This document shows, piece by piece, positions 1-11,399 of a DNA stretch of 64,000 nt. The translations under genes were made by a program, and so were the position numbers. Every line of letters starts with the position of its first letter. Positions within the stretch are counted from its first letter, which is position 1. The notes under the pieces are model-generated. The model made no database searches and was not told where the DNA came from. It was given only the letters and a program-made list of their open reading frames with translations. This DNA comes from Gordius albopunctatus (Eukaryota), in the NCBI GenBank assembly GCA_964276515.1, contig OZ193909.1, forward strand, positions 14,012,001 through 14,076,000, given 5' to 3'.

Positions 1-155
1 TTAAAAAGTCAAAATCCCCAGGTAATTCATATTCTTATTTAAGGGATAGAATGACCTTAATGTTTTCACTTTATTTTTATAAATGATTATTTTACTATAA
101 AAAGATAAAAATAATATAGGTTATATTTTACGGATTTCAACTAAATATAACATGA

Positions 156-325
156 CATGGGCGTAGCCAAGGGGGACAGGGATGGGGGGCTGCCCCCCCC
201 CCTCTAAATCTAAAAAAATGTTGAAATTTATTAAAATTATAGGTCCAAATTTGAAAAAATGTTCATTTTGCCCTTCCCTAAATGATTATTGCCCCACTCT
301 AATTCCAAAGCTGGCTACGCCCATG
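156..325. mobile_element. hAT-type MITE (CATGGGCGTAGCCA family)
   Basis: Perfect 14-bp TIR CATGGGCGTAGCCA...TGGCTACGCCCATG; 8-bp TSD TAACATGA at 148-155 and 326-333; internal poly-G/poly-C tracts. Confidence 0.9.
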
Positions 326-1890
326 TAACATGAGTTAAGATGACAACCTGATTTGTGTGTAAAAGATGGACTTTAGACTTTACTACAATGGAACCGTGTG
401 TTAATAGTATATTTATGTATAATCTTATTCTATTTCACTTTCTAAATAAATAAGTTCAAATACAAAAAAAATGTTTTTAAATCTGTATTTATGAGGTAAA
501 ACTCGTATTAATTTTAAAATGATTACAACTAGCCCTGGGGTATAGGATCTGTCTCCCCTACTTCAGTTAAAATTTAAGATCCATTTATAGCAAACAAAGT
601 ACTTAAAACTTTTCTAATGCATCCTTCAGCCCTAACACTCTTTTTCATTTATTAATTTGACAAGTTTTACTAGCTATAGTCATATTTGGCAATTTTATTG
701 AAGTTTTAACATTTATGATTATCGTGAAAAGATGAGGTATGTTGTTGGTTTAAAACACTTGAATGATCTAATTTCATGCCAGAATTTAAAGGTGACTACA
801 GTTGTTAATTTAGGTCGGGAAATTTGTTAATGATAATTAGTATATAAATTTTGGAATTTGGCCGGGGTCAGATAAAGTAGAAGTTAGCAACGGTCAGCAT
901 TAATTTGCAGGGAATTATTTAGCCAGTTTCGCATTCATCCGTTATAAATTAACAACCTAGACAAATTACCAAAATAAATTTATTAATAAAGGTAATCATA
1001 CAAGCACAAAAACAATAATTGTATTTGAGCTTAGGCGGGGTCGAAAAAAGTAAAACCCATCAGCGGTCAGCTAAACAAAAGTCTTTAACAGAAGCATAAG
1101 TCTACGCAATTAAAAACCTGTGTAAGTTTCCACGGCAATTATTAAAAAATTACAAGTTGGAGAGGACAGGACGAATAAGCAAAAAAGAGCCCATAAATTG
1201 CATAGAAATTTAAATAAAAAATAATTATAAATAATATTAAATTAATTCGCTCAATATTGCTAGAGGGTATAAATGGGGAAGCAAATATGGGCAGCTGCAC
1301 CCCTCCAAATCCAAAAATTCCTGATAAAAAGAACATTTTTTGCCCTATTTAAAATGCGCCCCTCCTATTTAAATTGGCTCCGCCCATGGGATCACGTGTA
1401 TAACTTATCTTTGACATTTATAATGCGGGTTGAACTATTGATGAATTAATGAACTAGGATGGGAACAAAGTTTAAGTTTACTTGTTAATTTAATATACAT
1501 AAAATAATTACAAATTAAAACATTATAAAAACAAACACCTTCTTTTATACTAAATATAATTAATTTTTTAACGGGCTTTTAACGGACCTCGTTACGTTAT
1601 ATATCGACTCGTCCAGGCCCGGCCCGTTGTTTTATTTGTAAGCAGAAGCCCGGCTCGCGGGTCGGGCAGTGCAGGTCTCTAATTTGTATCTTATTTTCGT
1701 TCGCCTTTTGTCGCGGGCGAAAATAATCGTCTGCGGGTTCACTATGAACGCCTCCTATTTACAATTGTTATTTTAATGATACATGATAAATTTCACGATC
1801 AATATAAAGATATTAAGAAAAAGAATGAGGAGTCTGATAAATTAGGCCAAAATTCATTTCGCTTTGCGCGTCATCACGAATGCCGCCATA

Positions 1891-2423
1891 GGGCTTGTCT
1901 TAATATCGGATTCAGATTCAAATCGCGCGAATTTATTTTCGTCTAAATATCCGATTTAATTTCATGGGTCAAACTCGTTTTTACTTATTAGTACTTTGTT
2001 TTTTCAGTTAAAAACGTTTTTTTTGTTTATTTCCACTCTTTATGTTAAATATAAACTTTGTTGATTTCCAAAAAATTTAAAACATACACCATTTAAGTGT
2101 AGGAAAAAATTTGCATCTTACAAAATCGCTGTTATGTTATGCGTCTAAAATCCAAATCGGTTCTGAATCGGATACTAAGACACGGTTATGTTAAAACACG
2201 GCTGACGATTTTTGCTGCGCTTTAAAATCCGATATTAAGACAAGCCCTAAACTTTGCTGATATCTAAAAATTTAAAAACATACGACATTTAACTTACAAA
2301 ATCGCTGTTATTTTATGCGTCTGAAATGCAAATCTGGTGTGAATTCGAAGTTAAGACACGGCTATGTTATACCCCGTACAACGATTTTTGCTGCGCATCA
2401 AAATCCGATATTAAGACAAGCCC
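1891..2423. mobile_element. MITE with TIR GGGCTTGTCTTAATATCGGATT and a tandemly duplicated right half
   Basis: Left TIR at 1891; right TIR ends at 2247 (TA on both flanks) and again at 2423; 2053-2248 and 2249-2423 are diverged direct repeats. Confidence 0.7.
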
Positions 2424-2560
2424 TTATACATGACGACTTTATGTATATTATTGCTTAAATCATACTCAGAGCAATTAAGCTAGAATAAATTTAAAACTTA
2501 ATTTTTGCATAATGCTCATAATAATTTCTGAGATGACTTTAAAAAATTTATTACTTGTAG

Positions 2561-3403
2561 GTATTGTGGGAAAATGGTGAAAAATTTATCAAATCTGATT
2601 CATTTTTGAATATGACGGCAGAAGATTTATTGAGTTTTCTGATCGCCGATGACCTAATTGCACAAGATATTGATTTATTTCAAGCCGTATTAAAATGGGC
2701 TAATTATAACATTAAAAAAGGAGACGAAGTCATCACGCCCAACCATATCAGAACATTCTTAGGCGAGGATTTTATCAAAGCTATTAGGTATCCGCTCATT
2801 AGTGTAGACGACTTTAAAGATATAATCGTTAAATCTGGCATACTTAATCAAGAAGAAATAATAGAACTCCTTTTTTCTTATTTTGGAAATAGTGAATCGA
2901 ATAAATTAAGCAAATTTATTACCGAGTCTCGAAAGCGAAAAGTGGAATCATCTATTTTTGTTACTGTAACTTACAATCAGGGAAGCTCATATTCATATTC
3001 CCCAGAAGATTACTTTTCGATTCAAAGTCATGCATTGGTGAGTATAAAAATTCATGGCATATACATACTAAATCCTTGGACCTCATCAGACTATCATTCA
3101 AATTATGGTTCTAGAACTAATTATGTGATTAAGTTATATGATCAAAAGGAAGTTCTTTTAACTTCCGCCCCTTTACAACATGGTTCTTCTAATAGCAGCG
3201 AATCCTATGTTAGAGTGAATTTTGAAAATCCTGTACTCATTAAAATGAATGTGCAAACGAAGTGGTTCAAAGTGCAAACGCTCCCGTCAATAAAATCTAC
3301 CTATAAAATTGAATCTTGTCATAGCATACAATTTGGATCGGCAGTTTTTAGTCTAAATATCGCTAAGGATAAAAAATACTTATGCGGAATAATTTTGGAA
3401 TAA
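2561..3403 (+). CDS. Terminal exon of a BTB/POZ-BACK domain protein (upstream exons not identified)
   Basis: Acceptor ttacttgtAG ends 2560; BACK-like sequence FIKSDSFLNMTAEDLLSFLIADDLIAQDIDLFQAVLKWA...IRYPLISVDDF; stop 3403; AATAAA near 3450. Confidence 0.75.
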   Translation, partial: VLWENGEKFIKSDSFLNMTAEDLLSFLIADDLIAQDIDLFQAVLKWANYNIKKGDEVITPNHIRTFLGEDFIKAIRYPLISVDDFKDIIVKSGILNQEEIIELLFSYFGNSESNKLSKFITESRKRKVESSIFVTVTYNQGSSYSYSPEDYFSIQSHALVSIKIHGIYILNPWTSSDYHSNYGSRTNYVIKLYDQKEVLLTSAPLQHGSSNSSESYVRVNFENPVLIKMNVQTKWFKVQTLPSIKSTYKIESCHSIQFGSAVFSLNIAKDKKYLCGIILE

Positions 3404-3917
3404 ATCAAAGAGTGAATGAAAATACGCAATGTTCATCTTAAAAATTTGGAAATAAAAAATTGTATTGCATTACTGTCAAATAGATCCAATTATTATTGAG
3501 AAATTATTGAATAAAAATGCTTTAGTTATAAGAAGCGATTATAATTTTTAAATGTTTTATAGCACACAATCTACACTTGTTGCCATATCAGGGTTTTAAA
3601 CTAAACAACATGGCCTGATTAGTCTAAATTAATTTAAATTTTACTTAAATAATATAATTTTTTACGTCAGGATTAACTTGAAATAATATGAATTAATTGC
3701 GACTCTCCTTGTTAAAAAATGTTGCTAAATTCAAGTTACAAAATCTTTGCTGACTTATAATTGAATTACATCAAACATCAGTTAAATAATAAATTTTTTG
3801 CATAAAATTTCTCACTTCCTTAAATTTTTAGTCTTATTAATGTGTAAATGGTAAGCAATCGAAACACATAAAATCTTTAATGTAAAGAAATCTAAAGAAG
3901 AATATTCTTTACTTTTA

Positions 3918-5267
3918 TAGGCACGTAGCCGGAATTTTCTCAAGGGGGTGCGAAAAGATTTTAAAATTTATTTTCTAAATTTTATTAATAATATAATAAA
4001 GATGAGCGATCAAAAAAATCCGACCCGTTCGGCCCATGGGCCGCGTCATCGTCTTAAGGTTAAATTTTCTGGTGGGCCCCAGCGGGACCTCAACAAGATT
4101 CGAGCAACTCGGGCCTATTAAGATTTTTATAAAATCTATTATATTGTTTTTGGGTATTAATTTGCCTTTTTTCTGAAGGTATATAATTTAATAGTCGTAT
4201 TTGTCATCTTAAAAAAACGAAGATTAAATCTATAATTTTTCGTAAATATAACAAAATTAATGCTAAAAATTTTAGAAATCGGGCAGTTTGAGCAGCTTTA
4301 ATAAGTCGTACATGGCAGGGAGGACTCTAGTAGGCCCGGGCGGGTAATTTAGTTTTTAAATCGGACCTGGCCGGGTTCAAGTTCATTTTTTTCAAAAATC
4401 TGGCTTCTAAAAGGATATGAATTCTGTGTATAAAATATAAAATGCTATAAAAAATTGACATCATAAAGCGAGGTTGGTTTATTTTTTATTTATAATTTCC
4501 CCCGAGGTGGGAACTATTAAATTGTTAATAATGCCAATCCATATTATCGATCCACTTAATATGGAGTCAAAAAGGTTTATTTATATTACGCAGTGATTTT
4601 AATAACATTTTATAAGTTGTTAGGGTGTCGACGAGAGGATTCTTGGGATGACAGGTCTCTGAAGTTTGAGACAAAGCCATGAATTATAGGACATCTTATT
4701 TTAGTTGATGTTTGTGTCATTTAAATCACTTCAGTGCCAAAATAAATTCCTGAATTTCTGGCACAATAATTGGCGGATCTTCAAGTTAGTTAAAACTTAT
4801 TTTTATCGAAAACGAAGGATTCGATCAAGGAGATGAAAATTGCTTATTTATATAAAGCTTAATGGATGTTGTGAAAATAAGTACGAAAGGTTGCCTCATC
4901 TAAGTTAAGAGTCAATATTAAAATTTTGCTTTGACTTTCGAAGGATGTCTAGCTAAAAAATTTATCAATATCTACAATTTTTAAAATACATAGTGTGAGA
5001 GGGCCAGGTAATATTGTGGGGAAGTTGCTCGATTAAATTTTTTTGGAAAATGAACAAGTGAATTAGGAAAAATGAAATTAATGATAATAACTCTTTTTAT
5101 CGAAATAAAAGAAAAAGTATCCATTAACTTTTAAAGCAATTGCAAGTGTCTTAGTCTTTTATGCACCTAAATCCTCTTAATTCATTTAATAATTTATTCA
5201 TTTTTTTTTAATTTTTGCTAGGGGGGGGGGGGAGGGATTCGTGCCACCCCCCTTGGCTACGCGCATG
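3918..5267. mobile_element. Degenerate non-autonomous TIR element related to the CAGGCGCGTAGCC family
   Basis: Ends TAGGCACGTAGCC and GGCTACGCGCATG with poly-G; internal GGGCCG/CCGGG repeats; no matching TSD, so the two ends may belong to different copies. Confidence 0.4.
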
Positions 5268-5769
5268 CGGTCGAGGTAATGGGCTACAAAAACTCTACCA
5301 CCATATAAATAAAAATGGATTTATATTTTATTTTAAAACTTATTTTTTGTTAAATATTGAGTAAAAACTCGCTTTCGAAAAAAGTCCTACGTTATTAGTT
5401 AACCTTTTTATTATATGGGATATTTTATATGAATATTTATAGGCAAATGTTTTCATATTCTCCTTTAAAAAAATAACGTGCACTAAATGCATGGTTTAAT
5501 TTTATCGTTAAGGATGATATTTAAATGCTAAATGATCATAAAAGAATTAATAAATCATTTTGAAGGCTTTTAAACTGTCTTTTAATTAATTATATATAAG
5601 TTATTTAAGGATAACCATAATGGGTATCAAAAATGCTTTATTGTCGTTATGTGATAACATAAATTATTTAGTCAAAGGCTTTTTATTCATTTAGATCTCT
5701 GTATTTCGCTTATTTATGTAACTTTGTTTCGTGAAAATAAACTTTTACAAAAAAAATATTGCACTAATT

Positions 5770-5905
5770 CATGTGCGTAACCAGCATTGGAATTAGAGGG
5801 GGCAAAATGATCATTTTTCGTTATTTTAGCCTTAATTTTAATAAATTTATGGATTTAGAGGGGGGCAGCCGCCCCTTCATGCCCCCCCCCCTCACTACGC
5901 CCGTG
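5770..5905. mobile_element. hAT-type MITE, diverged CATGGGCGTAGCCA-family copy
   Basis: CATGTGCGTAACCAG...ACTACGCCCGTG; internal sequence like 156-325 reversed; flanks CACTAATT/CACTAAAA (6/8). Confidence 0.7.
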
Positions 5906-6823
5906 CACTAAAAATATCATGTTAGACAAATTAACAACTTCATTTTTTACAGGCCAGAGTTATAAAATCATATTAAAAAAGCCAGTTGCCCATTTTAATA
6001 AATCATTTCTATTTTTTCTTGATACTATTAATTTTTATTCAAATTTTAAGGTGTAAATTTTACCTTTTTTTTGTCATTTTTATACCCTTCATAGATTTAG
6101 TAAGGATAAATAGTGGCATTTTAAAACGTGTCGCATTGCATAACGTCCACACAGCAAATACAGGTTTGTATTTGTTCACCCTTGCAATTATAAGGCAATA
6201 ACTTAATCGTTGTCTGGCGCCACGCTCTTCCTTTGTCCCATTGTGTATTGCATCGCTGCAGCAAACACGTTTAAAACAACCGCAATTACACAAGGAGACG
6301 ATTTAATTTACAAAGGGATGCGACTCTTTTAACTTGTTTACCACCATAAATAACAATCATTTGTCAAGCACACGGTACATATTTATTATAAATAAGTAAC
6401 GGAAGTCGTCCAAGTTATTATACCCCTCTAGAAAAATACGTAAGTTTTATATTTACAGCAAAGGCCTTCAATAATGAGGAAGTTATTTTTTAAAGTGGCT
6501 TAGGAACTTTTAATAGGAATGTTATGAGTGTCATATTATTGAGAGCTAGTTGATTATAAAGAATGAATTTAAGCGGGAAAACGCGTTTAAAACCTCTTTT
6601 GTACATAATTGCAGCGGATATTATTGCTGTCGGTGTGTCTTCTTTCACAATACCATAACCTTTACCCCCCCCCCCCCTTAAACCCATATAAAAGACCGAC
6701 GTTAAAAGAAGCACTCTCATATTATTTTTTACACCTTTGTGATTATGTTTTCCACCCTTTCGATTTTATTCCAGTAAAATTTGTCGCTCAAATTTAAATT
6801 TTAGCTACACCCCATACTCCAGC

Positions 6824-8802
6824 ATGACTAATTCAATGTTTTCCTTAACGATTGGCTTCTCGATCCTTCTTGTTTCTCTGCTTGTAACCGAGACTGATTC
6901 ATCCTCACCGAGGAGTTACGACAGTGAGATTCCCTATCATCTCACGGCCCGCTGTCGAGCCAACTGCCTAAATCAGGTAATTTTGTTTATAAATAAGTAA
7001 CAATTTTTGGTACTCTAGAATATTTTATACCCGATCGATGGTGTTTTTACAGATATTTTAAATGTTTTTATATTTTTACGTTACAGCTGGGAACCGTGAA
7101 GTACGATCAGGAATGCAAAAATATATCCAACTGCTACATGGTATGTTATAATACTTATGCTTTTTATCATTACTTTGATGTATTTTTCTAAGACGCATGT
7201 TCATATCTAATTGATTTTGTATTGACGATTAGTGTTGGGACAACTGCGAAATGTTTTACTTCCAATTTCACATATGGGGAATCCTCTGCACCGTTAAAAC
7301 CTTATGTGTAAGTTTTTTAATGTCCACCTTAAATCAATCCTATAATTTGGAATTATGAAAAAGAATTAATAATAATATTTTACGAATAGTTTCCTGGATG
7401 CAAAGTGGCGTGTGCTTATCATGACCAAAACCCACTAACGACAGTTCCACAAATTGGTAGAGATGGCAAGGAAGTTCTAGGCAACGATTTTAATTACCTC
7501 GCGTCTCAAGGGAATGATAAAATGGTCACCAAAAACTCCATTCAAAAAATAAGACCCATTAAAATAGAGGATCAAGGACCCAATGTTTACGTGTACTGGA
7601 AACCAATATCTTTACAGTCAAAATCAGATACCCCCGATCCCGCTATAGTTTACACGCTTTGGATTAAGCACAATTCATCCTACGATCAAATTGCTCAAGT
7701 AAATTCAAGTTTTTTATAGTCAATATCATCCTATTTTTAAATACAATTGTAATAATTTTGTTTCTTTTTACTCAAGTCGGTAGAAACGTCTATGCTTCTC
7801 AGCAAGGAAAATCTTGAGATGCCTTGGATCGTACACGTCAACGCGTTTTCGGCCGACGGTTTAATTGGATACGGTGTCACTTATTTCCCAGATCGGGCCT
7901 CCGTTCTCGAAGAATCGATACTGTCTTCTCTCACCCAAGAAATTTTGGCTAATAAAACTAAACAACAATCCGAGCCAGGAAATCACTTTAATATCATCAT
8001 CAACAAGGATTCAAACCCCACGTCGAGTTCCAATCCTCGAGGCATATCCTCTTACCCTAGTAACAATGCCTTTTTGCTATGCATCCTTGCCCTCTGTATT
8101 TTTATACTTGCCACGTCGCTGGTCCTATTCGTGAAGAGACGCAAGTATTTATATTTTTGGTTCAAAGACATGACTACGACCAACGAGCTGGGTCATCACG
8201 AGGATTATTACGGACCCGAGATAATCATACACTCACCACGACCAATCCATTTTTTCCCCGAAGCCACAACGAAATCGCCTAAAGCCAACAATGCATTAGA
8301 AGCTTACGTCACCAACGATACTCGCTTTAAAAGTTCCAACGTCCGTCTCCTTAAACGAATGGATTATGCTAGCAGGGGATTGCCAACAACTCGATCCTTT
8401 TCCGTCGGTCAATTTTATAACGAGGGTCTACAGCACCGAAGCCATGGCATGAGACGCATAGCTAAGAGTGTAAGCAGTAGCAACTGTGAAAAATATTACT
8501 TAGTGGGCGAGCCTTTACAAACTCAAAAATCGTCATCCACTGAAAGGTTTTGTGAGCCCTGTTTGTCCTACTATGAAGCAATTAACCAGCCCACGACTTT
8601 GCTGGTAGAAGATGACGACATATTTTTCCAAGAGCCGGTAGCACGAGATAAGGCCATGTCATCTCCTAAAAGCCAGGAGTCTGCTATAAAGAAGTCGGGA
8701 AACGTGTTCACGTTTGAACAACCATCACCTGGCAACATGTTTAAAACTCCGAATGAATCCCTTCATTGCCGGCGCTTATCTTCTATAGCCGAACGCGAAT
8801 GA
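6824..8802 (+). CDS. Single-pass type-I membrane protein with Cys-rich N-terminus, resembling arthropod fend (forked end)-like proteins; 538 aa
   Basis: Five exons joined by phase-0 GT-AG introns: 6824-6976, 7087-7140, 7233-7307, 7390-7698, 7777-8802. Signal peptide MTNSMFSLTIGFSILLVSLLVTET; ARCRANCLNQ..C..CYMCWDNCE..W..LC..LCFPGCKVAC; FN3-like strands (VYVYWKP, IVYTLW, VHVNAFSADG); TM AFLLCILALCIFILATSLVLFV then KRRK. Family name from memory. Confidence 0.8.
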
Positions 8803-9413
8803 AATTACCACCACAATTTGAAACGTGCAATTAGAGATCCAACTATCAAACAAATGCTCAAATATAGACTACCTAGTTCTCGCTCATTTCATTCAGATTT
8901 ATATATTCAAATATGTGATATTTTTATACCAAAAAATATTTAATAAAATGTTTAAGTCAGTTGTGTGAAAACAAAATGGGTTTAAAAATCTTATGGTTAA
9001 AAGGAGGTAATTTTCTAATGCTGTTCACAGTTACAATAAATAGAATTTAATATGATTAAACCAATATCCCCATATCATTTCAATAAATTATCTGAAAAGT
9101 AAGTCATTAAAATAAGGAATAGTTATAAAAACTTTACACCCAAAAAGAAAACTTTGTATTCATCTATCACAAGTAGAGCCCTGCACGGGCCGTCCCTGGC
9201 TCGGGCAAATTTTAAAATTTTGATCGGACCTCGATTTTGAACAATAGAGTGAGTATGATTTATTTTTAGGGGTGGTGGAAGGGTGAGGGGGCAGGGGTTG
9301 GATTTGATGTTGAACTTGAATCAAGAACGCCACTCCCTACATAATTTTTTTGTATCTGAAATTTTCAGTATTGTTGTTGTAATATCATATCATTCCCGGC
9401 GGTAGGGTACGTA

Positions 9414-11045
9414 TAGAGCTCTGCAAAATGAAATTTCTTCTGCCAAGTCCGACTTCTCAATTTTTATTTTGCCCGAGCCCGAAAGGTTTTTTTATTTTTG
9501 CCCCGACCCGATTTTTTAAATAAAATTTTTGAGAAATATATTTTTGAAAATTATTTCACCGTCTTAATATAAAATGCATTAGATTGTTATTACACGTATT
9601 TACAACTAGGATAAGCTTGAATAAAATATTTTTCACTCGTTATAATTTATTCGGTTAATCAGATAAAAATTTAACTTTATAATATATATTTTTAACAGTT
9701 CAAACAAAAAAACCTTTTGAAATATTTACTTATCTTATTTCTAAAGTTGTAACAGCTACTATAAATATATTTAAATACTAGAATAAGATTTGCAATTGAG
9801 GTAAGTTATATTATAATAGACAAGGGAAAAAGCTAAAGTTTGGAACAGGCGCGTAGCCAAGGGGCCAGAAATTGGGACGTTTCTGGCCCCTTGACCAAAA
9901 TTTGAAAATTTTTTTGTTTAATAATTAGATTAAATGGGTTGAAATATTATATTTTAGTTGCATAAAAGATTTTGAGAGACTTATAAAAGTCTGTAAACAT
10001 AATATATACATTCAATTTTTAGAATTTAATTTTCGACTTGCACCCAACATTATAATTTTCCACCGTTGATTGTAAATTGTATGTATGTATGATTGCCGCG
10101 AAGAGTTGTAAATTATGAAGAATTCTATACAAAAATTTTTCCCCCTTAAAATACCAAACCCTGGTATTTCTAGTAAGTGACTTAGGCTTTTATTTTATGT
10201 TTATATAGTATTGATCTCTTATATATATTAATTTTTATTGTGATTACATTGTATTGCCAATTTTAAAAATTTCTAGATGATGAAGAACAAGAAGAAGATT
10301 CAATATCAATTGAAACACTTACACCTATTGCCTTAAACAATAATATTGATGAAAATGCCTCAACTATTCTAAAGTCAAATGGTATATGTATATGTATAAT
10401 TTTATCTTTTTTAGTTTATTTTTAGAGTTAATTAAAATTTGTAAAACAGCCGTATGACATATCTTTGTATGTTAACACCATACAACATTATGAAGATAAG
10501 TTGGCAGAATTTGATAAAATTTATCAACCACCACTTTTATTCAATTTCCCTCGTGATGAAACAGCTAAAAAGCTGAAATTTAATTTCTCTTGGTTTCATA
10601 AATGGAGCTGGCTCTCCTATTCTCCCCGAGAAAATGGTGCTTATTGTAAATTTTGTGTGTTCTTTGGACCAAGGTATGGTGGTAAAGGGGATCAAAAGTT
10701 GAAAGCCCTTGTCATATTGTACGCGAAGTTTATTTTTGTTATATTAAAAATAAAAGTGTCGGAATTTTTTTTGAATCTTTCTGGCCCCTTGAGAAAATCC
10801 TGGCTACGCGCCTGGTTTGGAAGCTATGTAATGTACGCTGTGCGAAAAATAATGATTTAATATTGAATTTTATTTAAATCCTATTTTATAGGACTAATTT
10901 GTTTTAGTTGAATTCGGGCCGGCCTCGGGTCGGGCAGCCACATCAGGCCCGACCCGAGCCCGATTATATTATAAAATTTTGCCCGGGCCCAGCCCGAAAC
11001 CCGATCAGCCGGGGTAGGGCTTCGGGAGGCCCGTGCAGGGCTCTA
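9414..11045 (-). mobile_element. Non-autonomous element of the same TAGAGCCCTGCA hAT family, inserted in opposite orientation
   Basis: Left end TAGAGCTCTGCAAAAT matches the outer element's right end; right end GCCCGTGCAGGGCTCTA matches the outer left end; TSD GGTACGTA/GGTACGTG (7/8). Confidence 0.85.
9846..10814 (+). mobile_element. Internally deleted hAT (Tip100/ZMYM1-like) element keeping a TTF-type zinc-finger exon
   Basis: Perfect TIR CAGGCGCGTAGCCA; perfect TSD GTTTGGAA (9838-9845, 10815-10822); ORF 10465 encodes FNFSWFHKWSWLSYSPRENGAYCKFCVFF. Confidence 0.88.
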
Positions 11046-11399
11046 GGTACGTGAAACTAATAATTTAAATGCATAATTTCTTATGTTTTTACAATTTTTA
11101 ATAGGAAACTTTTCCATTTTTAATATAAATTAAATTAGAAGATAAGAAGGCCGCTTAAGAATTAACTTTTTAATTAAAACTATTCAAAGTCCCACCTCAC
11201 GTCATATTTAAGTTTTATTGAAACTGATTTACTGAAAGTTTAATTTTTAATATTTTTTGTTTTTTTATTCTTATGCTATTATGACTTAATTAATTTTTTT
11301 CATTGAAATGCAGGGTGTGTAGTCTAAATAAAATTATTGACGAATTATTAACAAATTTTTCCTATATAAAATTTGGAAAATTTAAAATTGAAAGCTGAG

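Noticed and set aside
5986..6797. Short ORFs upstream of the fend-like gene
   Set aside because: No domain signal or consistent splice structure; likely promoter/UTR. The same applies to most 60-100-aa ORFs in the track that are antisense to exons or in AT-rich introns.
10465..10860. Host ZMYM-like zinc-finger gene
   Set aside because: Lies within TIR/TSD-bounded element 9846-10814 and runs out through the TIR; a transposase remnant.
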